DNA of 64,000 bases from Mobula hypostoma (Eukaryota), in NCBI RefSeq assembly GCF_963921235.1, contig NC_086097.1, forward strand, positions 178,128,001 through 178,192,000, written 5' to 3'. Under the pieces are notes generated by a model that worked only from the letters and a program-made list of their open reading frames with translations, ran no database searches and was not told where the DNA came from. Numbering within the stretch: the first letter of the stretch is position 1; every line of letters begins with the position of its first letter. Positions 52,400 through 64,000 of this stretch are shown in pieces. Position numbers and translations under genes: made by a program.

Positions 52400-54780
52400 G
52401 GACCATAAGGCATAGAAGCAGAATTAGGCCAGTCAACCCATCAAGTCTGCTCTGCCAATCCATCATGGCTGATCCCGGATCCCAATCAACCCCATACACC
52501 TGCCTTCTCACCATATCCTTTGATGCCCTGACCAATCAGAAAACTGTCAACTTCCACTTTAAATACACCCACAGACTTGGCCTCCACTGCAGTCCGTGGC
52601 GGAACATTCCACAGATTCACAACTCTCTGGCTAAAAAAATTCCTCCTTTCCTCTCTTCTAAAAGGTCACCCCTTCAGAAATATCCTCTCCACAGTCACCT
52701 TACCTACTTCTTTCAACATTCGGTAGGTTTCAATGAGATCCCCACACATTCTTCTAAATTCCAGTGAGTACAGGCCTAAAGCTGCCAAACATTCTTCATG
52801 TGTTAACACCTTCATTCCAGAATCATCCTCATGAACCTCCTCTGGACTTTCTCCAATGACAGTACATCCTTTCTAAGATAAGTGGCCCAAAACTGTTGAC
52901 AACATTCCAAGTGTGGCCTGATTAGTGAATTATAAAGCTTCAGTATTATCTCTTTTCTATTCTATTCCCCTTGAAATAAATGTCAACATTGCATTTGCCT
53001 TCTTTACCACACACTCAACCTGCAAATTAACCTTCTGGAAGTCTTGCATCAGAACTTCTAATTCCCTCTGCACCTCTAATGTGTGAACCTTCTCCCCATT
53101 TAAATAATAGTCCGCACTATTAATCCTTTTACAAAAATGAATCATCATACATTTCCCAACACTGTATTCCATCTGCTACTTTTTTTTACCCATTCTTCCA
53201 ATTTGTCTAAGAGTTGCTGTAATTGCATTGCTTCCTCAGCGCTACTTACCCCTCCATCCATCTTTGTATCAACCACAAACTTTGCCACAGGGCCATCAAT
53301 TCTATTATCCAAATCATTGACAAACAATGTGAAAAGTAGTGGGCCCAATACTGACCTCTGAGGAAAACCACTAGTCACTGGCAACCAACCAGAAAAGGAC
53401 CCCTTTATTCCCACTTGCTGCCTCTTGCCTGTCAGCCATTCCTCTATCCATGCCAGTATCTTTCATGTAACGCAACAGTACTTGATCTTGTTAAGCAGCC
53501 TTGTGTGTGGCACCTTATCAAATACCTTCTGAAAATCCAAGTAAATGACATCCACTGCCTCTCCTTTGTCCACCCTGCACGTTACTTTCGAGGTACTCTA
53601 ACAAATTCGTAAGACAAGATTTCCCTTCACAGAAACCATGCTGACATTTACTTATTTTACCATTAGTCTCCAAGTACCCCAAAACCTCATCCATAATAAT
53701 AGACTCCAACACTTTCCCAACCACTGAGGTTAGGCTAACCGGCCTATAATTTCCTTTCTTTTGCTTTCCTCCCTTCTTAAGGACTGGAGGGATGTTTGCA
53801 ATCTTCCAGTCCTCTGGGACTATGTCAGAATCAAGTGGTTCTTGAAAGATCATGACCCAATGCATCCATTATCTCTTCAGCAACCTCCCTCTGGATTCTG
53901 TTCATCTAGTTCAGGTGACTTATCCATCTTAAGACCTTTCAGTTTGCAGAGCACTTTTTCCTTTGTAATAACAATGGCACCCACTCCTGCTCCCTGACAC
54001 TCACAGACCTTTGGCACACTGCCAGTGTCTTCCACAGTGAAAACAGATGCAAAGTACCCATTAAGCTCATCCGCCATTTCTTTGTCCCTGATTACTACCT
54101 CATCAGCATTATTTTCCAGTGGTCCAACATCAGCTCTTACCTCCCTTTTATTCTTTATATAACTGAAAAAACTTTTAGTATCCTGTTTTATCTTATTGGC
54201 TAGTTTGCCCTTATATTTCATCTTTTCTCTTCTTATAGATTTTTTAGTTCTCTTTTGTCAGATTTTTAAAGCTTGCCAATCATCCACTTCCCACTTACTT
54301 TTGCTACCTGATATGCCCTTTCCTTGGCTTTTATACAGTCCTTAACTTCCCTTCTCAGCTATGGTTGTCCACCCCTGCCATTTGAGAACTACTTCTGTGG
54401 GACATATCTCTCCTGCGTCTTGTGAACTATTCTCAGAAACTTCAGCTACCTCTGATCTGCCTTCATCCCCGCCAGTACCCTCTTCTAATCCACCTGGGCA
54501 AGTTCCTGTCTCATGCCTCTGTAATTCCCTTTATTTCACTGCATCTGACTTATGCTTCCCCCTCTCAAATTACAGTACGAATTCAATCATTATAATCACT
54601 GTCTCCTAAGGATTCCTTTACGTTAAGCTCCCTGATAAGATCTGGGTTATTACACAACACCCAATCCAAGATAGCCTTTCCCCGAGTAGAATCAAGCATA
54701 AGTTGCACTAAAAAGCCATCTTATACGCATTCAACGAATTTCCTCTCTTGTGATCCAACACCAAACTGATTTTTCCAATC
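52400..54780 (-). mobile_element. Older CR1 LINE
   Basis: PEDWKIAN..GNYRPVSLTS and GFPQRSVLGPLLF; many disruptions. Confidence 0.88.
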
Positions 54781-54798
54781 CCTTTATAACATGCCTTT

Positions 54799-54909
54799 GC
54801 AACACACATAAAAATTGCTGGTGAACACAGCAGGCTAGGCAGCATCTATAGGAAGAGGTACAGTCAACGTTTCGGGCCGAGACCCTTCGTCAGGACTAAC
54901 TGAAAGAAG
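54799..54909 (-). mobile_element. 111-bp Penelope pLTR fragment with hammerhead motif (54861-54898), in a PSMA8 intron
   Basis: 10-bp TSD acatgccttt (54789-98 and 54910-19). Motif agtcCTGACGAagggtctcggcccGAAACGTTgact. Confidence 0.82.
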
Positions 54910-55671
54910 ACATGCCTTTTCCATCTTCCTTTGCAATGTCAACCCCACTTCTTGGCTACTCATTGGAGGCCTATATAAGTTCTGCATAAATTTATTTTTT
55001 TTTTATCCTTGCAGTTTCTCAACTCCACCCACAAAGATTCAACGTTCTTACTGTTTTGCGTTACCATCTGATATAGAAGGACTGCTGTACAGGATCAGAA
55101 AAAGCTGCAGGAAGTTGCAAATTCAGCAAAAGCGACCAAAGGCCTACCCCCCACCCTCCAGCATCGAAGACATCTTAAAGAGGCGATGTTTCAAGATGGC
55201 AGCATTCATCATTAAGGGTCCCCATCACCCAGGATATGCCTTCTTCTCATTGTTATCATCAAGGTGGTGGCACAGGAGCCTGAAGAAACACACTCCACAG
55301 TTTATGAACAGCTTCTTCTCCTTCGCCGTCAGATTTCTAAATTGAAAATGAATCCATATACATTTTTTCCTTTTTTTCCCCTCTTTTTGCACTACTTATT
55401 TAATTTTTTATATGTACTTATTGTAATTTTTTAAAATTATGAATTGCAATACATTACTGCTGCAAAACAACAAATTTCAATACATATGCCAGTGATATTA
55501 AACCAGATTCTGATCTGCAAAATCTTGTGATCTAAACTGAGCATTTCCGCTTCCAGACTGCAGTGTTCATCTGTATAAACAAAACTCCAAAATAGCAAAT
55601 TCATTTTCGTTTCTTTGCACAGATAATGCAGGACCTAAACACACCGCAAACAAACTACTTCTTAAACTTAC

Positions 55672-55734
55672 CTTCAAGACCTGATTCCTTCGAATTATGG
55701 CCAGCTCAATGTTTTTCCCACCAGACTGTACTAC
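55672..55734 (-). CDS. PSMA8: Proteasome alpha-4s subunit, penultimate exon (VVQSGGKNIELAIIRRNQVLK)
   Basis: ttttag| and AAG|gtaagt boundaries, 63 nt. AIIRRNQ matches PSMA8 rather than PSMA7 (AVMRRDQ), from recall. Synteny with TAF4B agrees. Confidence 0.92.
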
Positions 55735-56039
55735 CTAAAAAAGATATTACAAACAGGTCACAAAAAAAAGCAATAGATAAAATGTCACAGACACCATTTG
55801 ACTCACAAGTCAATGCTGGCTCCCTGTAGAGCAATACTCTCAGCCCTATTTTGTAATATTCCCACATGTTTATTTCCTTCAACTGCTGGCCCAATTTTCT
55901 TTAAAATAAAAGATCATCTCTGCTTCCACCAGTCTCACAGGCAAGTTCCAGAGTATCACTTAGTGTTAAGTCATTTTCCTCTGCCACATCTCAGCCAAGA
56001 ACACAAGTGGAGCTTTTGTCCCCTGAGCTAGAGACTGGG

Positions 56040-56310
56040 ATGCAATCTTGACCTTGGATGGAGTGTGTGTGGAGTCTGCACGTTCCCCCTGTTACCACAC
56101 AGGTTTCCTTCTGGGTACCCCACTTCACTTCTACATCCCAACAACATTGGGGTTTGTGGGTTAAAATTGTCTCTACTGTGACAGAATCCAGGGAGAGTTG
56201 ATAAGAACATGGGGAAAATTAAAGCAATATTAATGTAGGATTAGTGTAAATGGATGGTTGACAGCACTGACTTGGGTCGTGGAGCCAGATCCTGTGCTGT
56301 GTTTCTCTAT
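56040..56310 (+). mobile_element. V-SINE (HE1-like) remnant
   Basis: gtgtggagtctgcacgttccccctgt...ggtttcc.tctgggtac V-domain-like core (recalled consensus). Confidence 0.55.
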
Positions 56311-56849
56311 CAATCTACCAGTTTAGTTAATTTTTACCATCAGCTAATGGAAACAACTTGGTCCATCATGTCTGCACCTTATACATCTATCAAAAATCTG
56401 CACACAACCACAGCTCCAAGCAACAAAAACCTCAGCATTTCCAAGCCAATGTTGCAGTTAAGATCTGTCAGCACTAAACCCAATTCTGGTGGATCTCCTC
56501 TCAACTCTGAAAAAGTGCATCATATATCCAGTTTAGTGACCGTAACTGGACACAACACCCAAGTTCTCTAAAGCCTCACTCTCAGTAACCTCCATTCAGC
56601 AACTTGCATTTGCTCCACCATTCCATTCTATCATGAATGTTCTTTTAGTTCAATGCCATTGTCCTGCATTAACCTCATACTCCTTGATTCTTTATATTGA
56701 GAATTTACAAGGCATTGGTCACACCATATTAGAAGCAGATTTTGGCCCCATATCCAAGAAAGGGCATACTGGCATTAGAGAAGGTGAGGAGCAGGGAGGG
56801 TCACGGGAAGGAAAAAGTTAACGTATGAGGAACATTTGATTTCTCTAGA

Positions 56850-58535
56850 TTGAATTGAATTGCACTGAATTTATTTCTTACATCCTTCACGTATATGAGT
56901 AAAAATATTTACGTTATGCCTCCATCTAAATGTGCAATCAATAATTTATAATAAATAGAACAGTCAATGTAATATAGAGTACACTCAAATCAGCACGAGT
57001 TCATCAGTCTGATGGCCTGGTGGAAGAAGCTGTCCCACAGCCTGTTGGTCCTGGCTTTTGTGCTACAGTACAACTTCCTGGATGGTAGCAGCTGGAATAG
57101 ATTGTGGTTGGGATGACTTAGGACGCCAATGATCCTACGGGCCCTTTTTACACACCTGTCCTTGTAAATGTCCTGAATAATGAGAAGTTCACAACTACAG
57201 ATGCGCTAGGCTGTCCACACCACTCTCTGCAGCCTCCTGCGATTAAGGGAGGTACAGTTCCCATACCAGGCAGTGATGCAGCCAGTCAGGATGCTCTTAA
57301 TTGTGCCCCTGTAGAAAGTTCTTAGAATTTGGGGGCCCGTACCAAACTTCCTCAACTGTCTGAGGTGAAAGAGGCACTGTTGTGCCTTTTTCACCACACA
57401 GCTGGTGGGTATAGACTACGTGAAGTCCTCGGTGATGTGGATGCCAAGGAACTTAAAACTGTTTACCCTCTCAACCCCAGATCCATTGATGTCAATAGGG
57501 GTTAGCCAGTCTCCATTCCTCCTGTAACCCAGCTCCTTTGTTTTTGCAACATTGAGGGAGAGGTTGTTTTCTTGACACCACTGTGTCAGAGAGATGACTT
57601 CTTCCCCTAGGCCACCTCGTTATTGTTTGAAATAAGGCCACTCAATGTAGTGTTGTTGGCAAATTTAATTAGCAGATTGGAGCTGTGGGTGGCAATACAG
57701 TCATGGGTACACAGGGAGTAAAGGAGGGGACTCAGTACGCAGCCCTGAGGGGCTCCTGTATTGAGATTCAGAGGGCTAGAGGTGAGGAAGCCCACTCCTA
57801 CAACCTGCTGGTGATCTGACAGGAAGTCCAGGATCCAGCTGCACAGGGCAGGGTCAAGGCTGAGGTCTCTGAGCTTCTTGTCGAGTCGGGATGGAACTAT
57901 GGTGTTGAATGCCAAACTGTAGTCCAAGAACAGCACTCTCACATAAGCATCCTTCTTCTCCAGATGTGTAAGGACGGTATGTAGAGCAGGGGCTATTGCA
58001 TCATCTGTCGATCAGTTGTTGTCAGTAGGCGAATTGTAAGGGGTCCAGTTTGGGTGGTAGCAACTGCAGATGTAATCCTTGACAACCTCTCAAACATATG
58101 CTTACTATTGAGATGAGTGCGACAGGACGCCAGTCGTTCAGGCACATTATCTTGGTCTTTTTTTGGTACAGGGACAATGGTGGATAATTTGAAGCAAGAG
58201 GGCACTCTACACTGGGAGAGGGAGAGATTAAAAATGTCAGTAGACACACCTGCCAGTTGTGCTGCACACACCCTGACTACTCGCACTGGGATGCCGTCCG
58301 GTCCCGCAGCCTTGTAACTGTCCACTTGTTGAAACCATCTGCGTACCTCAGCCTTAGAGATGACCAGGTTGCAGGTTGTAGCAGTGGTTTTCCTTGGAGG
58401 CACAGAGTTAGCGACATCGAACCAAACGTAAAAGCGATGGAGCTCATCTGGGAGAGAGGTCGCGATGTTGGCAGTACCACAACATTTGGCTTTGAAGTCA
58501 GCGATGGTATGCAGCCCTCACCACAAGTCACGTTA
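56850..58535 (-). mobile_element. Rex1-type LINE (RT and 3' end)
   Basis: [20 protein letters not shown] and [15 protein letters not shown]; (ttcaa)n tail. Confidence 0.85.
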
Positions 58536-58823
58536 GAAGAATCAGATTTATTATTACCGCATGTGATGTGAAATTTGAATAATAAACAAATCAATTATGT
58601 ATATTGAATAGATTTTAAAAAGTGCAAAAACAGAAATGCTGTATATTAAAAAAAAAGTGAGGTAGTGTCCTAAGATTCAATGTCCATTTAGGAATTGGAT
58701 GGCAGATGGGAAGAAGCTGTCCGGAATCGCTGAGTGTGTGCCTTCAGGCTTCTGTACCTCCTACCTGATGGTAACAGTGAGAAAAGGGCATGCCTGGGTG
58801 CTGGAGGTCCTTAATAATATTGA

Positions 58824-60957
58824 CATAGAAAATAGGTGCAGGAGTAGGCCATTCGGCCCTTCGAGCCTGCACCGCCATTTATTATGATCATGGCTGATCA
58901 TCCAACTCAGAACCCTGCACCAGCCTTCCCTCCATACCCCCTGATCCCCGTAGCCACAAGGGCCATATCTAACTCCCTCTTAAATATAGCCAATGAACTG
59001 GCCTCAACTGTTTCCTGTGGCAGAGAATTCCACAGATTCACCACTCTGTGTGAAGAAGTTTTTCCTAATCTTGGTCCTAAAAGGCTTCCCCTTTATCCTC
59101 AAACTGTGACCCCTCGTTCCGGACTTCCCCAACATCGGGAACAATCTTCCTGCATCTAGCCTGTCCAATCCCTTTAGGATTTTATACGTTTCAATCAGAT
59201 CCCCCCTCAATCTTCTAAATTCCAACGAGTACAAGCCCAGTTCATCCAGTCTTTCTTCATATGAAAGCCCTGCCATCCCAGGAATCAATCTGGTGAACCT
59301 TCTTTGTACTCCCTCTATGGCAAGGATGTCTTTCCTCAGATTAGGGGACCAAAACTGCACACAATACTCCAGGTGTGGTCTCACCAAGGCCCTGTACAAC
59401 TGCAGTAGTACCTCCCTGCTCCTGTACTCAAATCCTCTCGCTATAAATGCCAGCATACCATTCGCCTTTTTCACCACCTGCTGTACCTGCATGCCCACTT
59501 TCAATGACTGGTGTATAATGACACCCAGGTCTCGTTGCACCTCCCCTTTTCCTAATTGGCCACCATTCAGATAATAATCTGTTTTCCTATTTTTGCCACC
59601 AAAGTGGATAACTTCACATTTATCCACATTAAATTGCATCTGCCATGAATTTGCCCACTCACCCAACCTATCCTAGTCACCCTGCATCCTCTTAGCATCC
59701 TCCTCACAGCTAACACTGCCGCCCAGCTTCGTGTCATCCGCAAACTTGGAGATGCTGCATTTAATTCCCTCATCCAAGTCATTAATATATATTGTAAACA
59801 ACTGGGGTCCCAGCACTGAGCCTTGCGGTACCCCACTAGTCACTGCCTGCCATTCTGAAAAGGTCCCGTTTATTCCCACTCTTTGCTTCCTGTCTGCTAA
59901 CCAATTCTCTATCCATATCAATACCTTACCCCCAATACCGTGTGCTTTAAGTTTGCACACTAATCTCCTGTGTGGGACCTTGTCAAAAGCCTTTTGAAAA
60001 TCCAAATATACCACATCCACTGGTTCTCCCCTATCCACTCTACTAGTTACATCCTCAGAAAAATTCTGAGATTCGTCAGACATGATTTTCCTTTCACAAA
60101 TCCATGCTGACTTTGTCCGATGATTTCACCACTTTCCAAATGTGCTGTTATCACATCTTTGATAACTGACTCCAGCAGTTTCCCCACCACCGACGTTAGG
60201 CTAACCGGTCTATAATTCCCCGGTTTCTCTCTCCCTCTTTTTTTAAAAAGTGGGGTTACATTAGCCACCCTCCAATCCTCAGGAACTAGTCCAGAATCTA
60301 AAGAGTTTTGAAAAATTATCACTAATGCATCCACTATTTCTTGGGCTACTTCCTTAAGCACTCTGGGATGCAGACCATCTGGCCCTGGGGATTTATCTGC
60401 CTTTAATCCCTTCAATTTACCTAACACCACTTCCCTACTAACATGTATTTCGCTCAGTTCCTGCATCTCACCGGACCCTCTGTCCCCTACTATTTCTGGA
60501 AGATTATTTATGTCCTCCTTAGTGAAGACAGAACCAAAGTAATTATTCAATTGGTCTGCCATGTCCTTGCTCCCCATAATCAATTCACCTGTTTCTGTCT
60601 GTAGGGGACCTACATTTGTCTTTACCAGTCTTTTCCTTTTTACATATCTATAAAAGCTTTTACAGTCAGTTTTTATGTTCCCTGCCAGTTTTCTCTCATA
60701 ATCTTTTTTCCCCTTCCTAATTAAGCCCTTTGACCTCCTCTGCTGAACTCTGAATTTCTCCCAGTCCTCAGGTGAGCCATTTTTTCTGGCTAATTTGTAT
60801 GCTTCTTCTTTGGAATTGATACTATCCCTAATTTCTCTTGTCAGCCACGGGTGCACTACCTTCCTTGATTTATTCTTTTGCCAAACTGGGATGAACAATT
60901 GTTGTAGTTCATCCATGCAATCCTTAAATGCTTGCCATTGCATATCCACCATCAATC
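58824..60957 (-). mobile_element. Young 5'-truncated CR1 LINE (ORF2 RT and 3' end, few frameshifts)
   Basis: [41 protein letters not shown] and RPHLEYCVQFW. Inserted into a Rex-type LINE. Confidence 0.95.
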
Positions 60958-61089
60958 CTGAAGATGTCCTGGGTACTTTGTAACCTAGTACTCAAGATGG
61001 AGCTGACTAGATTTACAACCTTCTGCAGCTTCTTTCGGTCCTGTGCAGTAGCCCCTCCGTACCAGAGAGTGATGCAGCCTGTCAGAATA

Positions 61090-63560
61090 CAGTCCAATCT
61101 ACCAGTTCAAAGCAGTCCTGTAGGTGCACCTGTGCTTCCCTTGTCCATACCTTCTTGGTCCTCACTGCTGGTGCTGCAGTCTTCAGTCACTTCCTATACT
61201 CAGGGAGTAGAAGTATAACTAGGTGATCAGACTTCCCAAAGTGAGGGCGTGGAATAGCTGGGTAGGCATCCTTGATGGTAGTGTAGCAATGGTCCATTGT
61301 GTTGTTTCCTCTGGTATTGAAAGTGATCTGTTGATGTTAATTGCTTAGTGATTTTTTCAGACTGGCCTGCTTAAAATCTCCCAGAACAATGGTGAAGGCA
61401 TTAGGGTGTGCTGTTTCGGGCATGTTGATCCCATTGCTCAGATCATCTAAAGCCTGCTTGACATTGGCCTGAGGTGGAATGTAAACTGCTACCAAAATGA
61501 CCCCAGAGAACTCCCATGGTAGGAAAAAAGGACGGCATTTTATTGCTAGATATTCCAGGTCTGGTGAGCAGAATTGGGACAGCGCTGATATATTTGTACA
61601 CCAAGAAGAGTTGATCATGAGGCATACTCCTCCACCTCGCTTTTGAGAGTCTCTATAGATTTATCCTGACGGTGTATATAAACCTGTTGATCTGGGTTGC
61701 TGTATCCGGTACGGAAGGGGTTAACCAGGATTCTGTGAAACAAAGGAAATACGTGGTCCTAATGTCTCTGACTCAGCCCCCTAGCTCTGAGATCTTCTAT
61801 TTTATTCACCAGAATTCATGTTGCACATTTGCCAGCAAGATAGCCAGTACAGGTTTCCCCCACCATCCGAAGGTAGAGCATTCCTATGAAACGGTTCATA
61901 AGCCGAAATGTCGTAAAGCAAAGAAGCAATTACCATTTATTTATATGGGAAAATTTTGTGAGCGTTCACAGACCCAAAAATAACCTACCAAATCATGCCA
62001 AATAACACATAGAACCGAAAATAACAGTAACATATAGTAAAAGCAGGAATATGATAAATACCCAGCCTATATAAAGTAGAAATACTTTTCCACAATCATT
62101 GCCTGAACTGTTCTCCGTAGCGAAAATCTCACGCAAGCGCTTTCTGCAGAAACACAGCACAAGTGCCGTCAGCAAAAAACACGGCACAAGTGCTCTCCAG
62201 TAACCTTTAAGCTATGAAGCTGCCAAATCATACCAAATAACACGTAAAAATACACAGCTGATGCAAAGTAGAAATAATATATGTACAGTGTAGTATCACT
62301 TACCAGAATCGGGACAGCGCCGAGCACACTGATGGTGTGTTAGACTGAGTTGGAGTTTGGGTGGTGCAGTGGCCCCCACCCTCCGGGCAGCAAACCAATA
62401 CCGATCCATGAAGCATGCAGGGGTACAGCGGTAGCTGGGAGGCACCCAGCACATCTTTAAGAAAAAAGCCGAAATAAACAAGCTAATTAATTAGGTGCCG
62501 CCCAGCACGTAATTAATTAGCATGTTTATTTCAGCTTTTTTCTTAAAGATGTGCTGTGTGCCTGCCGGCTACCGCTGCATTCTCCACGAATCGGTATTTG
62601 TCCGCGGCCTGGGGGTTGGGGTGGTGGGACACTGGGGTGTCATCTCGTCGATCAGGGCAGACAGCTCATCTTCTCCTATCTCTGCCTGCCTCGATATCGA
62701 AGGTCGAGGTTCGTCATCTGATGTGGAAGGCTTGAAAAACGACAGTACAGTATGCTTGACTGCTGAGCCTCGCACATTTTTCTATCATACAGTTCTTTGT
62801 AAGGACTCAAACCATCTTGCAAATATGCTGTGAACTGACGTACCTTTTCAAAATTAAAGTCGTACTTTATCATTACTCATTCAGTTTCAATTGTAATCCT
62901 TTCCTCTTGCAATTGCATCAGCTGTTCATCTATCAGTTCTTGGTCATGGGATGCCAAAACCTCTTCAACATCATCTTCGTCAACTTCCACAAGCCAAACT
63001 CACTTTGTCCTTACTTCGTTCACCACGATCGAAACGCTCAATTATGTCTAGTTTTATGCTAAATGTAACACCGTTATGAGTTCTTTCAGGCCTTTCCAAT
63101 ACCTTAGAACTCATCTTGCTAATGGCTGCTCACGGGCACGTGTTTAGCAATGCTGGCAAGAATGCCGCTCCCGGGGAGAGCGCCTGCTTGGGGCGTGCGC
63201 TGATTTTTTTTTTGCAACAGTGAAAACACCTTCTGTAAGCGAAAACAGGGAACTAATGTAGGTCTTTTGTAACAGAGAGGTTTCGTAAAGCGAACATTTG
63301 AAATGCGGGGGACACCTGTATAGGGAGTTTAAAACCCCGGTTCCTAAAATGCACTTGTAACCCCGATCTACACCCGTGCTTCCTCCAAGGTGTCCTCCAT
63401 AGGCGCTTCTGACCGCAATCAGTATTGTTTCCATCAGTTTTAAGAAGTGATAGTTCATTTAAACACATTAAGAAATCTTTGTTGACCATACTGACCTTGG
63501 AAGCAGTTGTGCTTTTTAGCAGTATCTGCCCGAAATGAGAATATTTAATCGTAGCCATTG
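61090..63560 (-). mobile_element. 5' part (APE) of a Rex1-type LINE, split by the Tigger element
   Basis: GCRSGLQV.FR, ILLANVQ and CSPDLEYLAIKCRPF.LP.EFS.VILVAVYIPP, GDF. Confidence 0.78.
61850..63318 (-). mobile_element. Non-autonomous Tigger/pogo element inserted at a TA in a Rex1 LINE
   Basis: TIR caggt(t/g)tccccc with TA TSDs. Removing it restores LINE frame KLPILAILLANVQ. Transposase C-terminal remnant YKELYDRK...SFFKP. Confidence 0.85.
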
Positions 63561-64000
63561 AGAGTACTGCTGCTACTCAAGTTGTGCCTAGGCACCCCGG
63601 AAGTCAACTATTCGTTGTGAATCTTGACTCAAACTTGTCCCTATATTGTTGTTTCGCAGCCTTGATAGCTTTGCACAAATCATAGCTGCATTACTGTACT
63701 GGATTTTAGAGGAATTGTTGTGGCGGGGCAGGTGGGTAGGAAGATCTTATTGAAATTTACTGTATATTGAAAGGCCTGGACAGAATGGATGTGGAAAGGA
63801 TGTTTCCTATAGTCAGGAGTCTAGGACCAGACGGCACAGCCTCAAAATACATGGTTGGCCCTTTAGAATAGACATGAGGAATTTCCCCACGAGGGGAATC
63901 TGTGAAATTAATTCAACAGACTGTTGTGGAGGCTAAGTTACTGGGTATATTTAAAGCGGATGTTGATTACTAAGGGCCTCAAAGGTTGCAGGGAGATGGT

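Noticed and set aside
55735..64000. Upstream PSMA8 exon (ANAIGR...ALLE)
   Set aside because: No matching exon found by eye; the region is mostly LINE and Tigger, so the exon probably lies beyond the window.
1..64000. CRISPR arrays, operons or prokaryotic systems
   Set aside because: Intron-rich vertebrate DNA; no regularly spaced repeat-spacer array was seen.

Overview
Vertebrate genomic DNA. The repeat content (Penelope, CR1, Rex1/Babar, RTE, V-SINE) suggests a cartilaginous fish such as a ray or skate; this is an inference. Two host genes lie on the minus strand. (1) TAF4B: CpG-island promoter near 43.6-44.0 kb, ATG at 43564, and nine phase-consistent GT-AG coding exons (43564 to 1339) covering the N-terminus and TAFH domain; the gene continues past the left edge. 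(2) The last two coding exons of PSMA8 (55734-55672 and 51100-51008), giving the same PSMA8-TAF4B order as human 18q11. Most of the rest is transposon-derived: a full-length frameshifted Gypsy LTR element (6595-10917), Tc1, Tigger, hAT and Harbinger DNA transposons, CR1, Rex1 and RTE LINEs, SINEs and Penelope-like elements. The most notable unannotated signal is a family of short, TSD-flanked Penelope-derived inserts (about 100-1400 bp). Most carry minimal type-I hammerhead ribozyme motifs, several are fold-back structures, and four motifs are in sense orientation in TAF4B or PSMA8 introns. Also seen: a TSD-flanked Tc1/CR1 chimera, a twin-primed 5'-inverted Rex1 LINE inside nested transposons, and a Tigger4/MER2-like chimera resembling mammalian elements. 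All assignments were made by eye and from recall; no database searches were run.
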